DNA from: Aerococcus phage vB_AviM_AVP
Sequence record: MH729379.1
DNA: 24,000 nt
Reading direction: 5' to 3' (one strand)
The notes beneath the pieces are model-generated. The model was not told where the DNA came from, made no database searches, and saw only the letters and a list, made by a program, of their open reading frames with translations. How positions within the stretch are numbered: the first letter of the stretch is position 1; every line of letters starts with the position of its first letter. Position numbers and translations under genes: made by a program. This document shows positions 1-8,322 of this stretch, piece by piece.

Positions 1-114
1 AATGCTCTACAGTTTTTTAATTAGTCGCTTTAATCCTAAAGTACAAATCTAGTTTTTGGTTGGACTTAGATTTAAAATGATAGTTTAATATATTATTATA
101 AGGAGGATAAGAAA

Positions 115-1602
115 ATGGCAATTCCAAATAGTGCTAAATTTAAGTATACCGTTAATCAGAAGTATACTATACCTACTGGTTATGCTGGTCCTTACGCTCG
201 AGGTAAAGGTAAGCCTGATGGTATTGTATACCATTCTAGTGGTAACCGTAATGCTAATTTCCTAAGTGAAATTAAATTCATGACTAGTAACTTTAAAAAT
301 GCCTTTACAAGTGCCTGGGCAAACTATAACGAGATTCGTGAGATTGCCTCTACTGATTATAGACAATGGGGGGTTGGACCTAAAGGTAACCCTTACTATG
401 TTCAAATCGAAATGACAGAGGATAAGAACTTAACTGATAAACAGCACTTACAACTTATTGATAGAACCGCCTTTTGGGGTGCAGTACAACTTGCTTACTA
501 CAACCTACCATGTACCAATGCTGAAAACACAGGTAAAGGTACAGTATGGTCACATAATGCAGTAAGTAAATTTAAGGGTGGTACAGACCACGTAGACCCT
601 ATTGCTTACCTACAAAGACATGGTTCTAACTGGACAGAATTATTTAACCAAACTAAAGCTTACTATGATATTCTAGTAGCTGGTGGAGACACTAACCGTG
701 TAGTATCTATTGCTGATAAACAAGGTAACAAAGCTGTTATTAAAGATTCAGCAAGTAGCGCAAGTAAAGTTACTGAAAGCCAAAAAGTATCTGAGAACAA
801 GGCAACACATACAGTTGTTAAGGGAGATACATTGTGGAAGATTGGTCAAACTTACGGTGTAACTGTTTCTAAGATTAAATCTTGGAACAACCTTAAGAGT
901 GACACACTTTCAATTGGTCAAGTGCTTAAAGTAAAAGAGACAGATGCTGTAGTAAATAAAAACACAAATAAAGCAAACTCTAACTTACAAAAATATGTAG
1001 GTAACGAGGGTAAATGGTCTAAGATGAAAGTCGGAGATACAGTTACTATCCGTGCAGGAGCTAAGAACTGGGTTAAGCCTGCTGATAAAGTATACGCACC
1101 TATGAGTAAAGACTTTAAAGGTACGAAAGATGAAATCGTAGAGATTAAAGAATTTAAAGTAGGATACTCTGACTACGCATATAAATTGAAGAAATTAAAC
1201 TCTTGGATTCTACAACAAGACTTAGAAGAACCTCGTGAAATTAATAACTGGACAGTTTCTAAGGGAGACACCCTATTTAAGATTGCAAGTACTATTGGTA
1301 CTACTGTAGATAACCTTAAGAAGTGGAACAACCTTAAGAGTGATGTTCTAAGCATTGGTCAAGAGATTAAACTTTCTCCTAGCGACTCTAGTGCCCCACA
1401 AGAGAAACCTAAAGAGGAAGTAAAAGAGACTCCTAAAGAAGAGGTTAAGGAAACTCCTAAAGATACTCCTAAAGAGGAAACTAAGGATAAAGAAGATAAT
1501 GAAGTTGTTGTAGGCGATAAGTCTTACACAGCAACTGCCCTTAAACCTAACGAGATTCTATTAGACGGTAAGAAGTACAAGGTTGAAGAAGTAAAAGATT
1601 AA
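115..1602 (+). CDS. Endolysin: N-acetylmuramoyl-L-alanine amidase domain, two LysM domains flanking an SH3-like segment, Lys/Glu/Pro-rich tail
   Basis: 495 aa ORF with AAGGAGG-type RBS. Amidase-like GIVYHSSGN...; LysM motifs THTVVKGDTLWKIGQTYGVTVSKIKSWNNL and NWTVSKGDTLFKIASTIGTTVDNLKKWNNL; C-terminal PKEEVKETPKE repeats. Confidence 0.88.
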   Translation: MAIPNSAKFKYTVNQKYTIPTGYAGPYARGKGKPDGIVYHSSGNRNANFLSEIKFMTSNFKNAFTSAWANYNEIREIASTDYRQWGVGPKGNPYYVQIEMTEDKNLTDKQHLQLIDRTAFWGAVQLAYYNLPCTNAENTGKGTVWSHNAVSKFKGGTDHVDPIAYLQRHGSNWTELFNQTKAYYDILVAGGDTNRVVSIADKQGNKAVIKDSASSASKVTESQKVSENKATHTVVKGDTLWKIGQTYGVTVSKIKSWNNLKSDTLSIGQVLKVKETDAVVNKNTNKANSNLQKYVGNEGKWSKMKVGDTVTIRAGAKNWVKPADKVYAPMSKDFKGTKDEIVEIKEFKVGYSDYAYKLKKLNSWILQQDLEEPREINNWTVSKGDTLFKIASTIGTTVDNLKKWNNLKSDVLSIGQEIKLSPSDSSAPQEKPKEEVKETPKEEVKETPKDTPKEETKDKEDNEVVVGDKSYTATALKPNEILLDGKKYKVEEVKD

Positions 1603-1613
1603 AAATTATTTTA

Positions 1614-1645
1614 GGGTAGAGTATAATCTACCCTTTTCTTTTTCT
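1614..1645 (+). terminator. Rho-independent terminator after endolysin
   Basis: GGGTAGA gtataa TCTACCC followed by TTTTCTTTTTC. Confidence 0.85.
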
Positions 1646-1686
1646 AAAAGATATGTTATACTATAAATAAGAAGGAGGAGATAGAT

Positions 1687-1956
1687 TTGATTTTATATTA
1701 CTTAATTTGAATTTTATTAGCTTTATTCCTTGGTAGAGCAATAGGGTACTTTATGGTTAACGGTACTAAGTACCTAGTTAATAAAGAGTATGCCAAAGGT
1801 ATAGGATATACTTTATTAGCTTATGTTATTATTGGTCTAGAGTTATATGCACTTTCATCAAATAATAATGAAATAATTGTATTTTTAATTATTTTTGTAT
1901 GTATTAATCTTTTCGGATACGTTGTTATTAGAAACAGAACTAAGGGGGTTAGATAA
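1687..1956 (+). CDS. Small membrane protein (holin-like position); likely starts at TTG 1687 and contains an in-frame TGA at 1708-1710. The track ORF begins only at ATG 1753.
   Basis: AAGGAGGAG at about 1672-1680, 6-8 nt before TTG 1687, in frame: (M)ILYYLI-TGA-ILLALFLGRAIGYFMVNGTKYLVNKEY... The downstream ATG 1753 has no comparable RBS. Hydrophobic segments on both sides of the TGA. Confidence 0.6.
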
Positions 1957-2492
1957 TGGTAGATAAATTAAAGTTTATTGAAACAATGGCACCATATGCT
2001 CAAGCTCACCAAGAGCATTTCTTTCCAAGTATCACGCTTGCTCAAACTATTTTAGAGTCTGCATGGGGAGAATCAACGTTAGCTAAAGAGGCTAATAACT
2101 ACTGGGGTAGAAAAGAAGACAACCCTAATGTTGAAGCATATGTAGTGAACACTCAAGAGGCAGATAGTGATGGCAACTTTTATACTATTGAAGCTAGATT
2201 TAGAATCTATAAAGATTTAGATGAGGGCTTTAAGGACCATGATACAATTATGACTCGTTCACCATGGTACGAAAGTTACTATAAGGATGCACTTAATGCT
2301 AAGTCACCTAAAGAGCAGGCAGAGGGTCTTACAGGTACCTATGCTACTGACCCAGGGTATGCTAACAAGCTCATGAATATTATTGATGCTTATGACTTAA
2401 CTAAGTATGACACCCAACCTATTAGGGATACTGATGGTAAACCTGACAACGTAGCTATTATGCCTGATGGTACAAGAATTGTATTTCAATAG
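1956..2492 (+). CDS. Glucosaminidase-family peptidoglycan hydrolase (FlgJ/Amidase_4-like)
   Basis: 178 aa: YAQAHQEHFFPSITLAQTILESAWGESTLAKEANNYWGRK..., typical glucosaminidase domain. Start overlaps the previous stop (taATGG). Confidence 0.85.
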   Translation: MVDKLKFIETMAPYAQAHQEHFFPSITLAQTILESAWGESTLAKEANNYWGRKEDNPNVEAYVVNTQEADSDGNFYTIEARFRIYKDLDEGFKDHDTIMTRSPWYESYYKDALNAKSPKEQAEGLTGTYATDPGYANKLMNIIDAYDLTKYDTQPIRDTDGKPDNVAIMPDGTRIVFQ

Positions 2493-2517
2493 ATAAATTA
2501 GAATATAATTAAATTTA

Positions 2518-2546
2518 AGAGAAACTGAAAAAAGTTTCTCTTTTTT
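2518..2546 (+). terminator. Rho-independent terminator
   Basis: AGAGAAACT gaaaaa AGTTTCTCT TTTTT. Confidence 0.88.
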
Positions 2547-2547
2547 G

Positions 2548-2576
2548 TTGACTTAATTGTTTTATCGTGGTATTAT
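2548..2576 (+). promoter_or_regulatory. Sigma-A-type promoter
   Basis: TTGACT - 17 nt - TATTAT directly after the terminator and about 30 nt before ORF 2606. Confidence 0.75.
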
Positions 2577-2605
2577 ATATTTAACCTAAAGAGGAGGGGA
2601 ATAAT

Positions 2606-3205
2606 ATGACTGATAATTATTTTACAGTAATGTTTACAAGTCGTAATAAAGATAATAAAGAGCTAGATGGATTCAAGCAAAGAACAAAGGCTTTCTTACA
2701 TAAACATAGCTTAGAGGAGGATTTAAAACTTTCAGAAACCATTGAGAGTATTGTCTCGGAGCTAAGAGAAGAATTTAAATATTTCGTAGACCAAGGTGTT
2801 AAGGGAGAAGTATCTCGTATGTATATCTCTATTAACCCTAGAGATACAGATAAAGCAAATATTGATTTAGTACACTATTTAATTGACAATCCAAGTACAA
2901 GTCCAAATAATGTGTATAACAAACTAGTAAGCTTTGCATCTAAGAAAGAAAACGCACTATCGCAACGTTGGTTATTTGATATTGACACGGATAATGAAGA
3001 AGAGTTTAATTCAGTATTAGATAGTATTAAGTACTATGGTAAGTTCAATGAAAGTAGTTTAACATTAAGCAGGACAGTAAATGGATACGCAATTGTAGTA
3101 CCACATGGTTTCGATTCTAGAAAAGTTTTAGAAGAATATGAGTTCGTAGAGTTAAAACGTGATGGTAATTTATTAGGTAAATATAAGCAACTAAGGATTA
3201 ATTAA
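2606..3205 (+). CDS. Hypothetical protein, 199 aa
   Basis: Intact ORF with AGAGGAGGG RBS. Segments RMYISINPRDTD...RWLFDIDTDN...TVNGYAIVVPHGFD. No confident family assignment. Confidence 0.75.
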   Translation: MTDNYFTVMFTSRNKDNKELDGFKQRTKAFLHKHSLEEDLKLSETIESIVSELREEFKYFVDQGVKGEVSRMYISINPRDTDKANIDLVHYLIDNPSTSPNNVYNKLVSFASKKENALSQRWLFDIDTDNEEEFNSVLDSIKYYGKFNESSLTLSRTVNGYAIVVPHGFDSRKVLEEYEFVELKRDGNLLGKYKQLRIN

Positions 3206-3216
3206 GGGGAATTATT

Positions 3217-3906
3217 TTGAAACTAAACAAGAGTATTTTAACAACAGCGATTATTACAGCTTTAGCAACCGGTGGTTTAATGAGTATTACACAGGATAAC
3301 GAACCAACTGTACAAGCGAATACAAGTTCTACCTATACATTATCTAGTGGGGAGACTCTTTGGAGTGCTAGCCAAACTTTAGGTGTAGACGTATATGAAT
3401 TAGCAGAAACAAACGGTGTATCTATTGATAGTAATGGTAATGTAATTGGTACTTTACCTAGTGAGTTAGTTGTACCTGGTAGTAATAACGGTAATTATGC
3501 AAGTACATTAGATACTGTTAAGACACCACAAGTAAATAGTGGTTTAACTACTAATGAGTATGCTTTACTAGCACGTACTGTACAACAAGAGGCTGGTGGA
3601 GACTATACTAATGCACGGTGGGTAATGGGTGTAATCTATAACCGTGTTCAAAGCGATAAGTTTAGTGAGAACACAATTATGGAAGTACTTCACGCACCTA
3701 ATCAATTTGAGTCTGTTCGAGATGGTCATGTGTGGAGAAGTCACAATGACACAATTAGTAGTGGTGTATACCAAGCAATTGATGATACTCTTGCTGTAGG
3801 CTCTAACCATGACTACCTATTTTTCCAAGAGGCAAACTATGCAATTGCTAATGGACAAAGTGGTGTAAATGTTGGTGGTAACTTATTCTTTAAGGAGTTC
3901 AAATAA
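3217..3906 (+). CDS. Secreted cell-wall hydrolase: signal peptide, LysM and SleB/hydrolase_2-like domain (TTG start)
   Basis: MKLNKSILTTAIITALATGGLMSI signal-like N-terminus; LysM TYTLSSGETLWSASQTLGVDVYELAETNGV; SleB-like NEYALLARTVQQEAGGDYTNARWVMGVIYNRV... Confidence 0.82.
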   Translation: MKLNKSILTTAIITALATGGLMSITQDNEPTVQANTSSTYTLSSGETLWSASQTLGVDVYELAETNGVSIDSNGNVIGTLPSELVVPGSNNGNYASTLDTVKTPQVNSGLTTNEYALLARTVQQEAGGDYTNARWVMGVIYNRVQSDKFSENTIMEVLHAPNQFESVRDGHVWRSHNDTISSGVYQAIDDTLAVGSNHDYLFFQEANYAIANGQSGVNVGGNLFFKEFK

Positions 3907-3907
3907 T

Positions 3908-3997
3908 ATGAGTAGAGTAAGCAGAATTTTAAAAGAAATTAGGGATTTTTTAATTCACCTTGATAGAGAGTTTGAAAAAGGAGATAAATATGAGTGA
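3908..3997 (+). CDS. Possible 29-aa small ORF ending in TGA
   Basis: AAGGAG 10 nt before ATG 3908; MSRVSRILKEIRDFLIHLDREFEKGDKYE*; overlaps the start of the next gene. Confidence 0.3.
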   Translation: MSRVSRILKEIRDFLIHLDREFEKGDKYE

Positions 3998-4487
3998 TTA
4001 TTATTTTGACGATGTTCGGACATTAGCAGACCATTTAAAATACCTAGACAGCGACTCAAGTAGGATTAGATTAAACTCAACTTTAATTATGTTGTTTGCT
4101 TATTATTACTTTAATATTGACATTGAAGACAAGCCTAAGTATCTATTCGATGGTTCTATAGTAGTCTATAATACGGGTTCAGATATTAAAGAAATAAAAG
4201 AAGAGTTTAAGAAACACCATTATAGTAAGTCTGAGGGCTATAAACATAAAAGATATAAGTTTGATGAAAACTCTGAGTTAGATAAAGAAGTACATAATCT
4301 AATTAAGTATATTGATATAAAACTAGAGGAGAACTTTACAGACTTTGAATTATTTGTTATGGTAACTGATATGATTCTTCACTCATTAGATAGTAAAGAA
4401 TATTTCAATAATGGTAAACCTATCCCCCATGATTTACTTTTAGAATCTGTTTATAGTTACTCCGAAGAGGCAGAGGGGGGAGAATAA
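3990..4487 (+). CDS. Hypothetical protein; likely start ATG 3990 rather than 3960
   Basis: AAAAAGGAG at about 3976-3983 directly before ATG 3990 (MSDYYFDDVRTLADHLKYL...). Confidence 0.72.
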   Translation: MSDYYFDDVRTLADHLKYLDSDSSRIRLNSTLIMLFAYYYFNIDIEDKPKYLFDGSIVVYNTGSDIKEIKEEFKKHHYSKSEGYKHKRYKFDENSELDKEVHNLIKYIDIKLEENFTDFELFVMVTDMILHSLDSKEYFNNGKPIPHDLLLESVYSYSEEAEGGE

Positions 4488-4711
4488 TGGTTAACAAGAA
4501 AAATACTCCAAGCCACAAAAAGAATAATGTAAAACAAGAAATTGTTAAGAGCTCTAATGATACCTACCGTAAGGTCCACTTAGCGCAAGAGGCTAAGTAT
4601 TTAGAGAGTAGATATGAGTTAGCTTTATTCTATGGAGATGAGGAATACGCTAAGGGTCTAAGACAACGTATTGACAATATCCAAAAGGAGATTGATGATG
4701 ACCTTACTTGA
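4487..4711 (+). CDS. Hypothetical charged protein, 74 aa (the only longer ORF here ending in TGA)
   Basis: Overlaps the upstream stop. In-frame TAA lies 3 codons after the TGA. Confidence 0.65.
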   Translation: MVNKKNTPSHKKNNVKQEIVKSSNDTYRKVHLAQEAKYLESRYELALFYGDEEYAKGLRQRIDNIQKEIDDDLT

Positions 4712-4793
4712 GTTCTATAAGTCAGTTAAACCTAAGAATGATAGAGAAAGATTTGTTTTAGGGTCTTTAATTTACACTTTACAAAATAAGTAA
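4695..4793 (+). CDS. Possible 32-aa ORF, translationally coupled to the previous gene
   Basis: AAAAGGAG just before ATGATG at 4695; MMTLLEFYKSVKPKNDRERFVLGSLIYTLQNK*. Confidence 0.45.
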   Translation: MMTLLEFYKSVKPKNDRERFVLGSLIYTLQNK

Positions 4794-4803
4794 TATATTA
4801 TAA

Positions 4804-4828
4804 GGGAGTTCTAAGGAACTCTCTTTTT
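4804..4828 (+). terminator. Rho-independent terminator
   Basis: GAGTTC taag GAACTC TCTTTTT. Confidence 0.8.
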
Positions 4829-4847
4829 GTGTATAGGAGGAATTAAT

Positions 4848-5213
4848 ATGGAAACTTTCTTAGATAAGGATAGTAAACTATTGGAGTCTATGTATCCTGT
4901 TCAAAAGGACAAATACAATAATTGGTTATCTAATAGAATTGATGAAGCTAGTAGTGGAAGTACAGTATTGGTTGATTGTGACGATGCAATTAATTATCAT
5001 ACAGCCTACACTAAATACTTAATTGACTCTCTAGATAACAAAGAGGAGATTAACGTCAACGGTAGAGATAAGGCAAAGAAGTTTAAGCTTAATGGGGAAG
5101 TGTACTACCTAGTAGTAAAACCTAAGATTATTAGTATACTAAATGAACGTTCATTCAATCTTTATGACAAGTATACGGTAAACATAACGGATAAAAAAGA
5201 AGGTACATTATAG
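4848..5213 (+). CDS. Hypothetical protein; likely start ATG 4848 rather than 4827
   Basis: TAGGAGG at about 4834-4840 before ATG 4848 (METFLDKDSKLLESMYPVQKD...). Confidence 0.72.
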   Translation: METFLDKDSKLLESMYPVQKDKYNNWLSNRIDEASSGSTVLVDCDDAINYHTAYTKYLIDSLDNKEEINVNGRDKAKKFKLNGEVYYLVVKPKIISILNERSFNLYDKYTVNITDKKEGTL

Positions 5214-5233
5214 TCAATAGTGTACCTTTTTTG
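5201..5233 (+). terminator. Rho-independent terminator overlapping the stop codon of the preceding gene
   Basis: AGGTACA ...tagtcaatag TGTACCT TTTTT. Confidence 0.75.
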
Positions 5234-5278
5234 GTACTATATTACTAGTGAGAATAAAGAGAAAGAGGTGGTAGATAT

Positions 5279-6037
5279 ATGCCACAGGAATATGGCGGTA
5301 AAAAGCTACAGAGAATGATGTTACGTACTAGCGATGGTAAAACATACAGATTTAAAATTAATCCTACTAACTACCAAATCACTTATGGACAACGTACAGC
5401 AACATATAAGACAAGAACACAGGCAGTTATTGAAGACTATGGTACAGACTTACCTTTAATCCAGTTCTCAGGTACTACTGGTTTACGTAAAGATAGTGAG
5501 GGTAAGACGGGGGCTGATAGGCTATTTGAATTAAGAGACTTTATCCGTAGTTATGCTATTAGTGGACACGCTGAGGGTGGGTCTAATAAAGAATTGTATT
5601 TCTATAATTTTACAGATGACGAATCATTTGTTGTTCACCTTTCTCAGGAAGGGTTGAATATTGCTAGAGATGCTACACAACCTTTATTATATACTTACAC
5701 AATTAGTTTAATCGTTATTAGAGAGGCAGGTAAGCCTAGTAATAGTGAAGTCATTACACCATCAACAGGTAATCCCTTTGGTTCAGGTAGTGATGGTACC
5801 GCTACAGGTAACCTAGACGGGCGAAACCCATCACGTAATCCTAATAGTAGTTCTGACTATTACCATGGTGCTTTAGAAGATATGAGAGAGAATATGGGCA
5901 TCGAATCAGATAAGGAAAATGGATACAAGACTAACGATAATAGTACTAGTGAGAATACTGGCTTTGGTGGTCAAGTAGGAACTAGACCAAGTAATAATAC
6001 AGGTATGGGCGCAATAGTAGGAGGAGGTGTAAGATAA
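5279..6037 (+). CDS. Tail/baseplate protein
   Basis: 252 aa; MLRTSDGKTYRFKINPTNYQITYGQRTATYKTR..., first gene of a contiguous baseplate operon. Confidence 0.65.
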   Translation: MPQEYGGKKLQRMMLRTSDGKTYRFKINPTNYQITYGQRTATYKTRTQAVIEDYGTDLPLIQFSGTTGLRKDSEGKTGADRLFELRDFIRSYAISGHAEGGSNKELYFYNFTDDESFVVHLSQEGLNIARDATQPLLYTYTISLIVIREAGKPSNSEVITPSTGNPFGSGSDGTATGNLDGRNPSRNPNSSSDYYHGALEDMRENMGIESDKENGYKTNDNSTSENTGFGGQVGTRPSNNTGMGAIVGGGVR

Positions 6038-6558
6038 TGAGTTACCCAATTGCATTTATACGTTTTATAAAACCTTTACAGTACTTGGAGAATGGTGAGG
6101 TTATCTTACCCTCTGAGGAACACAAGCAAGAATACTTTTCAGAATACTTTAAACCTAACTTAAACCTTTCTGTATATGCTATAGAGTTTATGCGTAGGAT
6201 TAATGATAATAGAATTAAAGCAAACAGTAAAAAATTACCTAGTGATTCATTCCTTACAGCAATCGAGGAATCAAATATTAAATATACGAATAAATTTATT
6301 TACTTACTTGCTCAGACTATTGTATTGGAAACAAGTGCATTAGACTATGCAGTAAATGAAGAACCGTATTTAGTAAACTATGTAAATACAAAAACAATTA
6401 ATGTACCTTACCAAAACCTAAGATACTTATTATCTTTCTTTAGTGGTAAAGAGGAGTATAAAGGAATTACCTTAGGTTTACAGAATATGATTATCCAACT
6501 AGGTACATTGAGACAGCAGGCACCATTGATTAGGGGTGAGATGAATGGCAGATTATAA
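6037..6558 (+). CDS. Baseplate-region structural protein, 173 aa
   Basis: Overlapping gene order inside the baseplate operon; no specific domain recognised. Confidence 0.6.
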   Translation: MSYPIAFIRFIKPLQYLENGEVILPSEEHKQEYFSEYFKPNLNLSVYAIEFMRRINDNRIKANSKKLPSDSFLTAIEESNIKYTNKFIYLLAQTIVLETSALDYAVNEEPYLVNYVNTKTINVPYQNLRYLLSFFSGKEEYKGITLGLQNMIIQLGTLRQQAPLIRGEMNGRL

Positions 6559-7246
6559 ACAACATGTTATCTCACAAGGAGATACACTCCAATCAATTGC
6601 ACAAAGATACTATGGAAATGTTAATGAATGGCATACAATTAAAGATTATAATAATCTAAAATATCCTTATATTGTTAAACAAGGTCAGGAACATATTGCT
6701 GACCCTGAGAATGTAGTTATGGTAGGTTCTACAATTACTATCCCTATTGAGCAGTCTTTAATGGATGTAAATACAGATAACTTTACACGTAGAGATATAA
6801 ACAACGTACTGGACCTTGTATTGGGTAGAGACTTGTCTATGATAGATACCCCTTATGACTATGCAGAACGTGGCTTACAGGGTGAGATATTTAGCTTAAA
6901 CAGTAAGAACGGAGACGTTTCTACTGTTAGAGGTGTACAGAACTTAAAACAAGCAGTCATGGCTCGCTTACTTACCCCTAAAGGTTCACTATTATTACAC
7001 CCTAACTATGGTTCAGAATTGCATAAAATAATTGGTAAAAATACATTAGGTGTAGCTCGTATTATTGAAGATGAAATTACTAAAACAATTTTAGTTGACC
7101 AAAGGATTGCAAACGTGTATGCTGAATACTCTAGAATAGACTTTAATGTATACGAAGGAAAGTTTGTTGTAGAACTAAGAAGTATTGAAGAATACTTTGA
7201 CTTGTTGATAGAGTCGGACCCTGAGGGTAATTATATCGTAAGATAG
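6545..7246 (+). CDS. Baseplate wedge protein, LysM N-terminus with gp25/GPW-like C-terminus
   Basis: LysM QHVISQGDTLQSIAQRYYGNVNEWHTIKDYNNL; C-terminus SLLLHPNYGSELHKIIGKNTLGVARIIEDEITKTILVDQRIANV typical of gp25-like proteins. Confidence 0.8.
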   Translation: MADYKQHVISQGDTLQSIAQRYYGNVNEWHTIKDYNNLKYPYIVKQGQEHIADPENVVMVGSTITIPIEQSLMDVNTDNFTRRDINNVLDLVLGRDLSMIDTPYDYAERGLQGEIFSLNSKNGDVSTVRGVQNLKQAVMARLLTPKGSLLLHPNYGSELHKIIGKNTLGVARIIEDEITKTILVDQRIANVYAEYSRIDFNVYEGKFVVELRSIEEYFDLLIESDPEGNYIVR

Positions 7247-7256
7247 GAGGAATAAA

Positions 7257-8306
7257 ATGAGAATTAAGAATATAGATAACATACTTAGTGATTTAATTGA
7301 TTTAACCCTCATTGAGACACGAGATATTAATGACTTTACCGAGGGTTCAGTTATTATGTCTATCTATGAGGCAATTGCTATGGAGATGGAGCAGTATTAT
7401 ACACTAACTCATGAGAACATTGAGTGGGGTATTGAACAAGGTATTTATGAGTCCTTTGGTTTCTACCGTAAGGAGGCTCGTAAAGCTTATGGTAAAATCC
7501 GTATTGACTTTGGTACAAAAACAAAACAACGTTTAGTTATTTCTAAAGGTTCCGCTTTTAGGTCTAGCTATTCAGGAATCAATCAGACTTATGAAACATT
7601 AGAGTCATATGTAATCCCCGAGGGTGTTACAGAGGCTTACATTACTGTTTATTGTACTGAGACAGGTTCGCAAGGTAATGTACCTAGAAATACAATTAAT
7701 ACTATTGTAAGTAATATCTCAGGTATTAAAGGTATTACAAACCCTGAGGACATTTTAACTGGTGCTGACTTAGAGCCTATTGAGATTACTAAAGAACGTT
7801 TTAGACACTTTATTGAAACACGAGGTAGAGCAACTAAGAACGCTATTGCTTATGCTACACTATCTATATCTGACGTGGCTGGTGTTTATGTGTATGAGGA
7901 AACGGGATACATTAGAGTTTATGCTCATGACTTAAATGGTAACCTACCTGATAATCTTAAAAGTGAGATTGAAGGTGCTATTATGGAAAACTATAGACCA
8001 ATTGGTATTAAGTTAGAAGTGTTCCCTGTAGTTAAGAGACCAATTGATTTAACTATTGATATTTCACTTAGTGATGTAACTATGAAGAGAGCTAGCTTTA
8101 AACAAGAAATTGAAATGAAGGTTAAAGCTTACCTAAATAACATGACAGCTAGTGACGATTTAATATTAAGCGATATTATTCAATTAGTAATGAACATTGA
8201 TGATGTATTGATTTATGATGCTAAAATTACAAACTTAGAAGATAATATTATTGTTGAGGATAATGAATTAATTCGCTCAGGTAATGTTAAAGTAAACTTT
8301 GTATAG
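7257..8306 (+). CDS. Baseplate J-like protein
   Basis: 349 aa; KAYGKIRIDFGTKTKQRLVISKGSAFRS...YCTETGSQGNVPRNTINTIVSNISGIKGITNPED typical of baseplate J. Confidence 0.85.
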   Translation: MRIKNIDNILSDLIDLTLIETRDINDFTEGSVIMSIYEAIAMEMEQYYTLTHENIEWGIEQGIYESFGFYRKEARKAYGKIRIDFGTKTKQRLVISKGSAFRSSYSGINQTYETLESYVIPEGVTEAYITVYCTETGSQGNVPRNTINTIVSNISGIKGITNPEDILTGADLEPIEITKERFRHFIETRGRATKNAIAYATLSISDVAGVYVYEETGYIRVYAHDLNGNLPDNLKSEIEGAIMENYRPIGIKLEVFPVVKRPIDLTIDISLSDVTMKRASFKQEIEMKVKAYLNNMTASDDLILSDIIQLVMNIDDVLIYDAKITNLEDNIIVEDNELIRSGNVKVNFV

Positions 8307-8322
8307 AGAGGAGGTATAGGGT

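Noticed and set aside
1409-1499. Short tandem KEEVKETP-type repeats as a mobile or CRISPR-like repeat
   Set aside because: They encode a charged, proline-rich linker in the endolysin and are in frame; a normal low-complexity tail.
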